This document shows positions 51,424-60,693 of a DNA stretch of 64,000 nt, piece by piece; position 1 is the stretch's first letter; each line of letters opens with the position of its first letter. This DNA is from Candidatus Cloacimonadales bacterium (lineage in GTDB: Bacteria; Cloacimonadota; Cloacimonadia; Cloacimonadales; JAIOQZ01): contig OY762463.1 of NCBI GenBank assembly GCA_963665815.1, positions 3,296,001 through 3,360,000 on the forward strand, given 5' to 3'. Below the pieces are notes generated by a model. That model searched no databases, was not told the origin of the DNA, and was given only the letters and a program-made list of their open reading frames with translations. Both the position numbers and the translations under genes were made by a program.

Positions 51424-51782
51424 TTTTTCTCCTTATAGTAATCGCATTTTGTTAGTTATTATGCAGTTACCTGCTTCTTGAAATTTCGACGTTAAATTCT
51501 CGTAGAGTTATTTTACCATTTTTTTCCATATATGATATTCTGAATAATGCTAATACATGTCAATTTTTTTTTATGATTATATGTATTTTTTTTTATTATG
51601 ATATATTTGCTAATATTTCTTTAATTTTGCGTTAATTATGTGTATGTTAACTCAAAGAAATACAAGATTTCAAATATTATATTGTCAAAATCTCGTTAAA
51701 AGATATTTTTTGTAATATAGGTTATCATTTTTCAGTTAAGATTAACAGTAACTGGATAACATAATGAAATGGTGGAGACTTT

Positions 51783-52667
51783 ATGTCAGATTCTCATTAT
51801 TACTTGTCAGGAAAAGAGTTTAATAAGATCAGAGAGTTTTTTTACAAGAGAACCGGAAGGAAACTAAAAGATAACGAGTTATATGCTGTTGAAAAAAAAC
51901 TTACAAGATTTATGGTGCAGTATGGATTAGAATCCTTTAATGACCTTTTTGTTAAAATGATTAATGATATTACAGGCACTTTAAGGAATATTATTGTCTC
52001 TGAATTGATTACTCCTGAAAGCGGTTGGTTCAGGGATACAGAATACTGGACTCTTATAGAAAAGAAGATAATTCCATCTTTTATTGAACAATTGAAATCA
52101 GGGAAAAAAGAGACCATTACTATCTGGTCTGCTGCAGCTGCAACAGGTGAAGAACCTTATTCCTTCTGTATGCTTTTGAACAGGATGCTGGAGAATGAAA
52201 AAAGAATCAGCAGTAGTCAGTTCCGTATTATAGCTTCAGATATTTCACCAAGTTCTTTGTATATTGCTATTTCCGGGAGATATGATCAAACTTGTATGCA
52301 AGATGGAGTAAGCGAAATTTACAGAAGAAAGTTCTTTTCAGGCTTTAAGACTGTTCATGAAGTCAATGAGCAAGTCAAGAATATGATTGATTTTGTGAAG
52401 CTTGATCTGAAAGAAGAGTATACAGACCTGCCAATATTTGATCTGGTTTTATGCCGTAATGTCAGTTCTTATTTTACTCTTGAGGAAATGAATGATATTT
52501 TTTACAGAATATATGATAACATGAATAGAGATGGTTATCTTATTATTGGGAGGGAAGAGGACCTTAATCTCTATACCGACTACTTTACTGCTAAAGATTA
52601 TAATGGTGTAAAATATTACAGACCAAAGAATTTCAGCAGTCCGAATGCAATAATTAATTCGGTTTAA
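51783..52667 (+). CDS. cheR: CheR-type protein-glutamate methyltransferase
   Basis: IWSAAAATGEEPYS, ASDIS, FDLVLCRNV, GYLIIG. Confidence 0.88.
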   Translation: MSDSHYYLSGKEFNKIREFFYKRTGRKLKDNELYAVEKKLTRFMVQYGLESFNDLFVKMINDITGTLRNIIVSELITPESGWFRDTEYWTLIEKKIIPSFIEQLKSGKKETITIWSAAAATGEEPYSFCMLLNRMLENEKRISSSQFRIIASDISPSSLYIAISGRYDQTCMQDGVSEIYRRKFFSGFKTVHEVNEQVKNMIDFVKLDLKEEYTDLPIFDLVLCRNVSSYFTLEEMNDIFYRIYDNMNRDGYLIIGREEDLNLYTDYFTAKDYNGVKYYRPKNFSSPNAIINSV

Positions 52668-52677
52668 TGGGAGAAAA

Positions 52678-53532
52678 ATGTACAAGAGAAAAGTGATTGA
52701 TGTTTTGAACAGTGATCTTGAAGTTCCTACAATGCTGTCAATATCTCTACAGATAGATGCACTTTCCAGAGATACAAGATCTACAGTAGATGACATAAGC
52801 AAAGTTATCAGACTTGATCCTGCTCTTACAGGAAAAGTTTTGAGGGTTGCTAATTCCTCTATTTACGCCTCTGTTCAGAGAGTTGTCAGTTTGCAACAAG
52901 CTATAGCAAAACTGGGACTTAACGAAATCAGACGTATAACAATGTCTATTGCAATTATAAACAGTTTTAAAAATACTAACGTAGATTATGAAAGATTCTG
53001 GATCCATTCCATAACGGTAGCTTTTATTGCAGAAGCTATTGCTACAAAAACAAATAACCAGAGATATAGTGGAGAAGTATATATTTCAGGTCTGCTTCAT
53101 GATATTGGAGTGCTTGTTATGGATCAGTATCTGACAGATATTTACAATAAAGTATTCAATGTGGCAGTCAAAAACAAATACGATCTACAGATTGTTGAAG
53201 GCAAAATTCTAGGTATTACACATGCTGAGGTTGGTGGGATTCTTTTAAAAAAATGGAAGATTCCCGATAATGTTACTGATTGTGTATTATGTCACCATTA
53301 CCCACAGGAAGCAGAAGCAGAATCTTCAACCATTACTAAAATTGTTTATCTTGCGAATGTTATTGCAAACAATCGAGGAATTCATAATGGTACCGGTTTT
53401 TTCCCCCAGGGCTTTTATGATGATATATGGGAAGATATTGGGTTGCCGATCGATCAGGTTTCTGAGTTGATCAAGGCTATTGCTGAAGATTTGTTTAATG
53501 CAAATGAGTTGTTAAGATTATCAACGGGTTAG
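52678..53532 (+). CDS. HDOD domain protein
   Basis: DPALTGKVLRVANS, FWIHS, GLLHDIG, HAEVG..LKKW. Confidence 0.92.
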   Translation: MYKRKVIDVLNSDLEVPTMLSISLQIDALSRDTRSTVDDISKVIRLDPALTGKVLRVANSSIYASVQRVVSLQQAIAKLGLNEIRRITMSIAIINSFKNTNVDYERFWIHSITVAFIAEAIATKTNNQRYSGEVYISGLLHDIGVLVMDQYLTDIYNKVFNVAVKNKYDLQIVEGKILGITHAEVGGILLKKWKIPDNVTDCVLCHHYPQEAEAESSTITKIVYLANVIANNRGIHNGTGFFPQGFYDDIWEDIGLPIDQVSELIKAIAEDLFNANELLRLSTG

Positions 53533-53535
53533 GAT

Positions 53536-54369
53536 ATGTTTTATAAAAGAGTTTTATCATTTATTGTTTTTACAGTGTTGATGACTGCAATTCTGTTTTC
53601 CAGTGGAAATAGGGACTATACTGAGAAATTAGATGAGTTAAGAAAAAAAGTTGTCGATAAAGGTGTGCCTGAAGAGTGGTTTAACAAGAATCTTGAGCAT
53701 GAAAAGTTTAAACTTCATACGAATATTTCGAAATATTTCAACAATCTTGCGGAGCATAAAGTAAGTCGAAATGAAAAGGACATTAACTGGTACTATCGTA
53801 TGTTTGGAGTTGATGCCAAGATAAAAAAAGCTGAAAAATTTATCAGGAAACATAAAGAGGCATTATTAGCTGCAGAGAAAAAGAATGGAATTCACTATGA
53901 AATGATGGTTGCAATAATTGGTATGGAAACAAACTATGCTGAGAACAGGCAAAGGGGAAATTTCTATGTATTCAATTCCCTTGTTTCTCAATATCTTTTC
54001 ACTGACAGAAAAAGATTTTCTGTAAATGAATTAGCTGCACTTTATGACTTCTCTAAAAAATCAGAAAAATCTACATACTACTATATTGGTTCATTTGCCG
54101 GGGCTTGCGGATGGGGACAATTCATCCCGACATCCCTTAAGGCATATTTCATTGATTCTCATGATCAGGATTCTGATATTGATGTCTTCTCGGTTGATGA
54201 CACAATTTTCAGTATCGAAAATTATCTTCATAATCATGGACTGAACTCAAAAACAATCAGTAATAAAGATAAACGCTATTATGCTGCTCATGCATATAAT
54301 CACAGCGATGCTTATGTAAAAGCAACTCTTAAGATATACGATGCTTTGAGAACAGAAAGAAAACAATAA
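53536..54369 (+). CDS. Lytic murein transglycosylase (MltB/SLT_2 family)
   Basis: Signal peptide, AIIGMETNY, GSFAGACGWGQFIPTS, YNHS. Confidence 0.88.
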   Translation: MFYKRVLSFIVFTVLMTAILFSSGNRDYTEKLDELRKKVVDKGVPEEWFNKNLEHEKFKLHTNISKYFNNLAEHKVSRNEKDINWYYRMFGVDAKIKKAEKFIRKHKEALLAAEKKNGIHYEMMVAIIGMETNYAENRQRGNFYVFNSLVSQYLFTDRKRFSVNELAALYDFSKKSEKSTYYYIGSFAGACGWGQFIPTSLKAYFIDSHDQDSDIDVFSVDDTIFSIENYLHNHGLNSKTISNKDKRYYAAHAYNHSDAYVKATLKIYDALRTERKQ

Positions 54370-54437
54370 TGCCGGTATGTTCAGGCTGTTGAATGTATCA
54401 ACTACCTGAAACTCATACCTGTGCAAGATTAATTTTC

Positions 54438-54884
54438 TTATACTGCTTTTGCAATATCTTTGTTTTTGAGAAGTCTGTATTTCAATTCGTATTCAGAATC
54501 ATCCAGTACAAGCTGTTTTCCCTTATTGTTTTCAGTGTTTATCAGAAGTGGACCTTTGAGGTTTGCTGTCATTTTTGACGGATCTCTTGGTACTGTGACA
54601 ATTACAAGCTGAATAACATTTTCAGGATCATTGACTTCAATTTCTTCAAGATCTGTTCTGAAAATTCTAATTTCATAATCCGGTTTGAACAGGAGCGGAT
54701 CAGTCACTACAAATGCCAGTTCCGGTACATTAATACTCTGCAGCCACTTCAGTGGTGAATTCTCACTGGGATCGATCAGAATGAAATCATGAACATCTTT
54801 GAAACCCAACAATCCATTTGGGAATGTGAGAACGTTCTTAGGATTTACTTCCAGCTCCCCAAATCTGTTTGTGTTGATTCTCAT
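54438..54884 (-). CDS. fliW: Flagellar assembly factor FliW
   Basis: RFG, FPNGLLGF, WLQS, TANLKGPLLIN, GKQLVL. Confidence 0.95.
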   Translation of the reverse strand: MRINTNRFGELEVNPKNVLTFPNGLLGFKDVHDFILIDPSENSPLKWLQSINVPELAFVVTDPLLFKPDYEIRIFRTDLEEIEVNDPENVIQLVIVTVPRDPSKMTANLKGPLLINTENNKGKQLVLDDSEYELKYRLLKNKDIAKAV

Positions 54885-54902
54885 AATATCCTCTCTTTAT
54901 TA

Positions 54903-56081
54903 TTAAATATAATTCATTAAACTGACAGGAAATACTTTCCCAAGCATCTGAGTTGAAGCCTGTAAAGCATATTCCTGTTTTGCAAGCAATGAAATTGCTT
55001 CGTAAAGGTCAGGTTGTTCTATATCAGAAATACTGCTCTGCAGGTTTTCTGACATTACTGTAAGATTATTTTGAACAGATTCGACTTGATTCAATCTTTG
55101 TCCTGCTTTAGTAGTATATGCTTCCATATCTGTCTGCAGGGTTTTTAATTCTTCGAGCTTTTCTGATACTTCAGGCATATTGTTGTTTTCCAGTGCATTT
55201 TTCAGTTCATGCAGAACATCGAAATAGCCTGTGTCTTCCAGAAGTTCTTGTCCTGTTACATTTATCTGTATTTTTGTATTTTTATTTGCATTGAATTCTA
55301 TAATTCCGGAATCTCCCTGGTAAAGTCCTGATTCCATTTCAATTGTGAATTCATCACCGATTTCAAAGTTTCCTGCTGTGAATTCCATTCTGATGTATGA
55401 GTCTTCACCATTAATATCATCGTAGATATTGTTTGATGCCTGAACGGTCTGTACAGAACCCCAGGTGTCTCCTCCATCTTCGGATACCTGATATTCTGCT
55501 GTTCCTATTCCGCCGGCTGTGACAATTCTTACAAGGTATTCACCTTCTGCTTTCTGACCTTCAGGATAAGCATTGTATACAGTTGCTTCACCATCATAAG
55601 TATTTTCCAGAGGAGAATAAGGACCAACAGGTCGACCTGCATCGGTATAAGCCGGCTCATTTGTATTATATCCTGCAAAAATATAGTCCCCTCGGACAGT
55701 AGTATTTGCTGTCTGCAGAGATTGGTTGATAAGTTCTTCTACTTCCTGAGCCAGAATTCCTCTTGTAGATTCTGTTGTTGAGCCGGTAGCTCCCTGTTCA
55801 GCAATCTCTCGTGCTCTACTCAGAACATCATTGAATTCCTGCATTGCATTATCGACAGCAAGCAGATATTCCTGTGCTTCTTTCATGTTCTCAAGATACT
55901 GCTCATATGATGCAAGTTCAGCTCTGTAGCGTGTTGTGTTACTCATACCGGTCGGATCATCCGAAGGTTTGTGCAGTTTCTTTTCAGAACTTATATTCTG
56001 AAGAGTCTGCTGGTATTCAGCACGTTTTATTGCCGACTCTCCAAAGAGAGTATTAAAGGACATGTTAGTTGTTATTCTCAC
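54903..56081 (-). CDS. flgL: Flagellar hook-associated protein 3
   Basis: MRIT start (GTG), KPSDDP, YIFAG, YQGDSG, SLMNYI. Confidence 0.92.
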   Translation of the reverse strand: MRITTNMSFNTLFGESAIKRAEYQQTLQNISSEKKLHKPSDDPTGMSNTTRYRAELASYEQYLENMKEAQEYLLAVDNAMQEFNDVLSRAREIAEQGATGSTTESTRGILAQEVEELINQSLQTANTTVRGDYIFAGYNTNEPAYTDAGRPVGPYSPLENTYDGEATVYNAYPEGQKAEGEYLVRIVTAGGIGTAEYQVSEDGGDTWGSVQTVQASNNIYDDINGEDSYIRMEFTAGNFEIGDEFTIEMESGLYQGDSGIIEFNANKNTKIQINVTGQELLEDTGYFDVLHELKNALENNNMPEVSEKLEELKTLQTDMEAYTTKAGQRLNQVESVQNNLTVMSENLQSSISDIEQPDLYEAISLLAKQEYALQASTQMLGKVFPVSLMNYI

Positions 56082-56328
56082 TTTTTCCTCCGATGTTATT
56101 CGTCAGAATAGTATTAAGCTTATGTAGTATTGAATCATCAATGACTGATTTTGAAGCCTTTTTATTTTCTTTAAGTATCTTTTCATAAATTTCTTTACGA
56201 TAGATTGACATTTTTTTAGGAGCATTAATGCCTATTCTGGCTGCACCTTTTGTAAGTTCTGCCAGAACTATTTCAATATCATCTCCAATTACAATAGATT
56301 CACCGATTTTTCTTGTAAGTATCAGCAT
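56065..56328 (-). CDS. csrA: Carbon storage regulator CsrA
   Basis: MLILTRKIGESIVIGDDI, GINAPK, IYRKEIY; extended C-terminus typical of FliW-regulated CsrA. Confidence 0.95.
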   Translation of the reverse strand: MLILTRKIGESIVIGDDIEIVLAELTKGAARIGINAPKKMSIYRKEIYEKILKENKKASKSVIDDSILHKLNTILTNNIGGKSENNN

Positions 56329-56363
56329 TTTTACCTTCCTTGGTATTATTTAACCTTCCATGG

Positions 56364-57740
56364 TTAGACCATTGCGATTATTGTTTGTAATAACTCATCA
56401 GCTACGCTGACTATTTTGGCAGCTGCCTGATATGTTTTTTGAAATTTTATAAGATTGGCAGATTCCTCATCCATGGAAACGCCCTTGACGCTTTCCCGGA
56501 AGTTATCTGTTTGCTCAAGTGTTGCAGACGACAGATCTTTTCTGTTCTGAGCATCAAGACTATCTCTACCTATTTTACCGAATGTTGAAGCGAGATAGGA
56601 ATTAAAGGATTGTTCTCCATTCATAGAAAGACTTTCTCTTAAGTCAACCATTGCCAGAGCTGTTCTGTTATCTCCCTGTTCTCCTTCCTGAGATGCGGAA
56701 ATTCGTTCAGGATGATCTATTATTCCACTATGAAGATTAAACTCTTCAGCCGAAGTTATTCCCGTTGAGAAAAAATATCTACTGTCAACTGGAGGGTCGG
56801 ATAGATCATAACCGTAGTAGTGTACCAGATTTACAGAGTTTGAAAGGTTTACAGCGAGATTATCAATTCTGTTCTGATAATCAACGAGATATTCGTCTCT
56901 CATTTTCATTAAACCTTGAATTTCGCCATTATGAAGAGCACTTATCTGCTCTCTTGTATCTTTCCATATGATATTTGTAAAATCTTGTCCATCCTGCTCA
57001 TATTCCTGAACGACAAGTTCTCGAAAGTGATCATGTTTTACAATTTCGTCCGATCCCAGATAGACCACCATTGTGCTATCTGATCTTGTTGTAACTGTCA
57101 CATCTCCATATTGAGATAACTCATCGATCAGCAGGTCAAATTTGTCTCTTAAGTCATTTGCAGGACGGCCTTCCTGTTCTGTTGTATAAATTTGCTTGTT
57201 TAGTCTCGCAAGCTGTTCGGAAATAGCATTAATTTTGTCAGGGATTTGAGCCAGATCATCGTTTACTGTTTTCCTCATATCCTTTACCGCAGTATCGAAA
57301 TCATGGATTTTTGTAACTAACATCTCAGCTGTATTAAGAAGTTCCTGTCTGTATGTAATATCATCCGGATTATCTGCTATAGCATCCCAGGCATTCCAGA
57401 ATTCATCAAGTGTTTCTGACAAACCATTGTCGTCAGTTTCATTAAGACTTGTCTCGAACTCTTCCAGCCTTGTGGAAAGCTTGTTCCATGAACCATGCTG
57501 AGAGCTTTCTTCTCTGTATTTTTCATCCAGATGAATGTCCCTCATTCTTTCAATTCTTACTAAATCTGCACCGGTTCCATAATAGCCCAGAGCATCCTGA
57601 ATTGGAGCAGAGCTTTCCTGAATTACTCTCTGACGACTGTACCCGTCTGTATCCATATTAGCTATGTTCTGACTGGTTGCGTTCAGATGTTGTTGATTCA
57701 GTAGTATGGATTTCATACCTATGTGCAGCATGTTAAGCAT
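56364..57740 (-). CDS. flgK: Flagellar hook-associated protein 1
   Basis: NIANMDTDGYSRQRV, GTG, ANDLRD, GVSMDEESANL, YQAAAK. Confidence 0.95.
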   Translation of the reverse strand: MLNMLHIGMKSILLNQQHLNATSQNIANMDTDGYSRQRVIQESSAPIQDALGYYGTGADLVRIERMRDIHLDEKYREESSQHGSWNKLSTRLEEFETSLNETDDNGLSETLDEFWNAWDAIADNPDDITYRQELLNTAEMLVTKIHDFDTAVKDMRKTVNDDLAQIPDKINAISEQLARLNKQIYTTEQEGRPANDLRDKFDLLIDELSQYGDVTVTTRSDSTMVVYLGSDEIVKHDHFRELVVQEYEQDGQDFTNIIWKDTREQISALHNGEIQGLMKMRDEYLVDYQNRIDNLAVNLSNSVNLVHYYGYDLSDPPVDSRYFFSTGITSAEEFNLHSGIIDHPERISASQEGEQGDNRTALAMVDLRESLSMNGEQSFNSYLASTFGKIGRDSLDAQNRKDLSSATLEQTDNFRESVKGVSMDEESANLIKFQKTYQAAAKIVSVADELLQTIIAMV

Positions 57741-57742
57741 TA

Positions 57743-58243
57743 TCAGATCCTCTTGTTAAGAATTATTGAACTGCGATTCTGATTGATCATTCCAACGCGG
57801 CTGTAAACTCTGTCTCTATCTATGATATCAGCAATCATTTCTAGATTGTCACCTACAAGCTCAAGTCCTGTTCTGATCAATTCTTTGTTTTCTGATGAAA
57901 GTTTATCAATAGTCTTGAGAGTATTGGCGAAAACTTTGTAAAATACTTTTGCTTTTTCAATTTCTGATGATTCTTCAAACAATTCATCAAGATTGTTCAG
58001 GGAAATCTTTTCTGTGCTCATTCCCTTGAGTACAATCAGAGATTCCATAAGATCATGACGGCTGTTTGTGGATTTGTGTGCTTTGCTGATTTGTATGGCG
58101 GCTTGCTGACTGACATCCTGAAACTGCTTGATATCCCATTTCATCAGAGCGTATTTCTGCTCGGACAGGATAAGTGCAACTTCCTGATAGGATGCTATTT
58201 CGTCTTCCCATACTTCGAAAAAATCATTTGTAAGGGCATCCAT
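57743..58243 (-). CDS. flgN: Flagellar export chaperone FlgN-like protein
   Basis: Helical ~166 aa between flgJ and flgK, N..LI motif; start at ATG 58243 after GGAG. Confidence 0.65.
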   Translation of the reverse strand: MDALTNDFFEVWEDEIASYQEVALILSEQKYALMKWDIKQFQDVSQQAAIQISKAHKSTNSRHDLMESLIVLKGMSTEKISLNNLDELFEESSEIEKAKVFYKVFANTLKTIDKLSSENKELIRTGLELVGDNLEMIADIIDRDRVYSRVGMINQNRSSIILNKRI

Positions 58244-58244
58244 G

Positions 58245-59105
58245 CTATTCTCCTTTAATTTGACCTTTATTGTAATAGTCCATGACTCTGCGGACGTAAT
58301 TTTTTGTTTCTTTATATGGTGGTATTCCATTATATTTCTTCACTGCTCCCGGACCGGCATTATAAGCTGCCAGAGCAAGTTCATTATCCTCGAATTTATC
58401 CAGCATCTTTCTGAGGTACTTTGTTCCTCCGTCTATATTCTGGGCAGGATCGAAAGAATTCTTCACTCCCATATCCTTTGCTGTTCCATCCATGAGCTGC
58501 ATGAGTCCTTTAGCTCCTACAGGTGATTCAGCAGCAGGGTTTCCGTAGCTTTCCTGTGATATAACTGCAATGATAAGTTCTTTATCTACATTGTACTTTT
58601 CAGAAGCTTTTTCAATGTGAGGCATAAATTGTGATATTCTTTTCTTCAGGATTTTTCCAAGTTTTGCCAGACCTCCAAACATATTGCTGTTATCAGTAGT
58701 TTCAATTTCGGAACTTGTTACGGCAGGTTGTCTGGTTTGATAATCAGATGATTCAAGACTGCGGATAACCTCGTTAATATCAGTTCCTTTTCTTGATTCA
58801 ATCTGCTGTATTATCTGTCTGGAAAGACCGATCTCGTTGTTCTTCGCGATCATCAATGCAATCTCGTCAAACAGCATATCCTGATAAAAGTCGCTTCCTG
58901 CCTGATCTCCAAAAAGGCTTTTACCTTCGAGAGATTCTACCATACTGTCCAGCATCTGTTTTACGAACAGAGCTTCGAATTTCTGGCTTGCATCAACTGC
59001 ATCTTCGTCATTTTTGATGCCATTTTTTAACTTATCGATATTCATCAAAGCTGTTTTCTGGCTCTGCTGAAGATTGATATAGTTATCTGGAAGCTGAATC
59101 ATCAT
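58245..59105 (-). CDS. flgJ: FlgJ rod-binding domain fused to an SLT lytic transglycosylase
   Basis: [21 protein letters not shown] (rod-binding); [29 protein letters not shown] (SLT). Confidence 0.88.
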   Translation of the reverse strand: MMIQLPDNYINLQQSQKTALMNIDKLKNGIKNDEDAVDASQKFEALFVKQMLDSMVESLEGKSLFGDQAGSDFYQDMLFDEIALMIAKNNEIGLSRQIIQQIESRKGTDINEVIRSLESSDYQTRQPAVTSSEIETTDNSNMFGGLAKLGKILKKRISQFMPHIEKASEKYNVDKELIIAVISQESYGNPAAESPVGAKGLMQLMDGTAKDMGVKNSFDPAQNIDGGTKYLRKMLDKFEDNELALAAYNAGPGAVKKYNGIPPYKETKNYVRRVMDYYNKGQIKGE

Positions 59106-59111
59106 AACCTC

Positions 59112-60194
59112 TTACATTATCACTAACTCGGCGTGTAATGCGCCGGCTTCTTTGATTGACTGGAATATGGAGATCATATCTCTTGGTGTTACTTTGATAG
59201 TATTCAGAGCTTTAGCCAGTTCCTGTACGGAAGATGATTCGATAACCATCATTCTGGACTGCTCTACATTTACTGAAGTTTCAGATGTTGAAGTTGAAGT
59301 GAAGACGACAGGAGCTATTATTGCAGTTTCATCAAGCTCAGATATTTTGATTGTCAGGTTACCATGCGATATTGCGATCTTAGAAATCTGTACATTACCA
59401 CCGGCAACGATTGTTCCGGTTCTTTCGTTGATAACAACTCTTGATTTCTGCTGTGGAATAATCTCAAGATTCTCAATTGTTGATACAAAACCTACGAGGT
59501 TCTTTCTTACAAGAACTGAGTCCGGAACAAGTACCTGAATTGACATTCCATCTTCTGCTGCTGCAAGTTTTGATTCAAAGTATGTATTTATTGCGACAGC
59601 AACACGTTCTGCAGTTGTGAAATCAGCCTTCTTAAGATTGAGAAGCAGTTCACCATTATAAAGAATCTGGCTGAAAACCTCTTTCTTAACTGTAGCACCG
59701 TTTGGAACTCTACCTACATTAGTATAGTTTCTTCTTACTCTGGCATTTTTGCCTTCAGCGTTGAAGCCACCAATGGAAACAGGACCTTGTGCAATTGCAT
59801 ACTGCTGCTGGTCATTCCCCATAAGCGGTGTCATGAGAAGAACTCCGCCTTCCAGACTTTTAGCATCTCCTATGGATGAAACAACAACATCAAAACTGCT
59901 GCCAAGTTTACTGAACGGCGGCATTACTGATGTTACCATAACAGCTGCGACATTATTCGGTCTGATTTTATTCATCGGAACACTTACACCGAAACGTTCC
60001 ATCATATTTTTTATAGATTGAATTGTCATTTGAGAACTGCTGCCGTCACCGGTACCATCAAGGCCGATAACCAGACCGTATCCGATTAAGTCTTGTGATT
60101 CAAGTCCGCTGAAGTAAGACAGATCTTTTAATTGTACCTGAGCATTCAGGGTAACAAAAGCTAACATTAATATAATGACAATTTGTAGTTTCAT
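59112..60194 (-). CDS. flgI: Flagellar P-ring protein
   Basis: LIGYGLVIGLDGTGD, NVAAVMVT, GDAKSLEGG, NERTGTIV, AGALHAEL; start at ATG 60194. Confidence 0.96.
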   Translation of the reverse strand: MKLQIVIILMLAFVTLNAQVQLKDLSYFSGLESQDLIGYGLVIGLDGTGDGSSSQMTIQSIKNMMERFGVSVPMNKIRPNNVAAVMVTSVMPPFSKLGSSFDVVVSSIGDAKSLEGGVLLMTPLMGNDQQQYAIAQGPVSIGGFNAEGKNARVRRNYTNVGRVPNGATVKKEVFSQILYNGELLLNLKKADFTTAERVAVAINTYFESKLAAAEDGMSIQVLVPDSVLVRKNLVGFVSTIENLEIIPQQKSRVVINERTGTIVAGGNVQISKIAISHGNLTIKISELDETAIIAPVVFTSTSTSETSVNVEQSRMMVIESSSVQELAKALNTIKVTPRDMISIFQSIKEAGALHAELVIM

Positions 60195-60211
60195 AATTTC
60201 CTCTTTAAAGT

Positions 60212-60239
60212 AAAAAATTAGGGGAATTGCTTCCCCTAA
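60212..60239 (-). terminator. Intrinsic terminator-like hairpin in the flgI leader
   Basis: Minus strand TTAGGGGAA-GCAA-TTCCCCTAA-TTTTTT. Confidence 0.7.
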
Positions 60240-60314
60240 ATACCGAACCAGATGGGTTGTTCCCATTCTTTTTTTTTCTCTCATAATAAACAAACACTCT
60301 ATGCCACCTTAATA

Positions 60315-60331
60315 TGCAATGCCGATGCCAA
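60315..60331 (-). promoter_or_regulatory. Sigma54 (-24/-12) promoter of the flagellar operon
   Basis: Minus strand TTGGCAT-CGGCA-TTGCA fits the TGGCAC-N5-TTGCW consensus with exact spacing. Confidence 0.8.
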
Positions 60332-60693
60332 TTAATCTTTAAAACAGGTAAATACATATATAATAATTGATTAACTTTTACTACCAGTGTTGATGAAGAA
60401 GGATTTCAGGGCTGTTTGGAAAAAATTTCTTGTACCAGATAAGAAAAAAAAACTTATGATCCTGATATAAAGTGAAAAGATGCTGATTTAAATGAAATGT
60501 ATTTGATTTTAACTCCTTTTCCAGACTTCGTAGAGTCTAATGGTTTTTGTAACTCTAACTTTATTAGTAGGATAAGTTGATTGAGTCCCGAAAAATCGGG
60601 AAAATCTGCGACATGAATTACGATAAATTTTAGATATTTTGCATTTTCACTAACAGAGACCGAGTCGAAGGGAATTAACTATAAATAAATTAA

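Noticed and set aside
1232-60021. Numerous 60-170 aa ORFs nested in or antisense to long genes
   Set aside because: Shadow ORFs of well-supported genes with no independent motifs
60195-60310. c-di-GMP riboswitch upstream of the flagellar genes
   Set aside because: Lacks the GCAAA..GAAA..GACGCAAA consensus of class I and is not recognisable as class II
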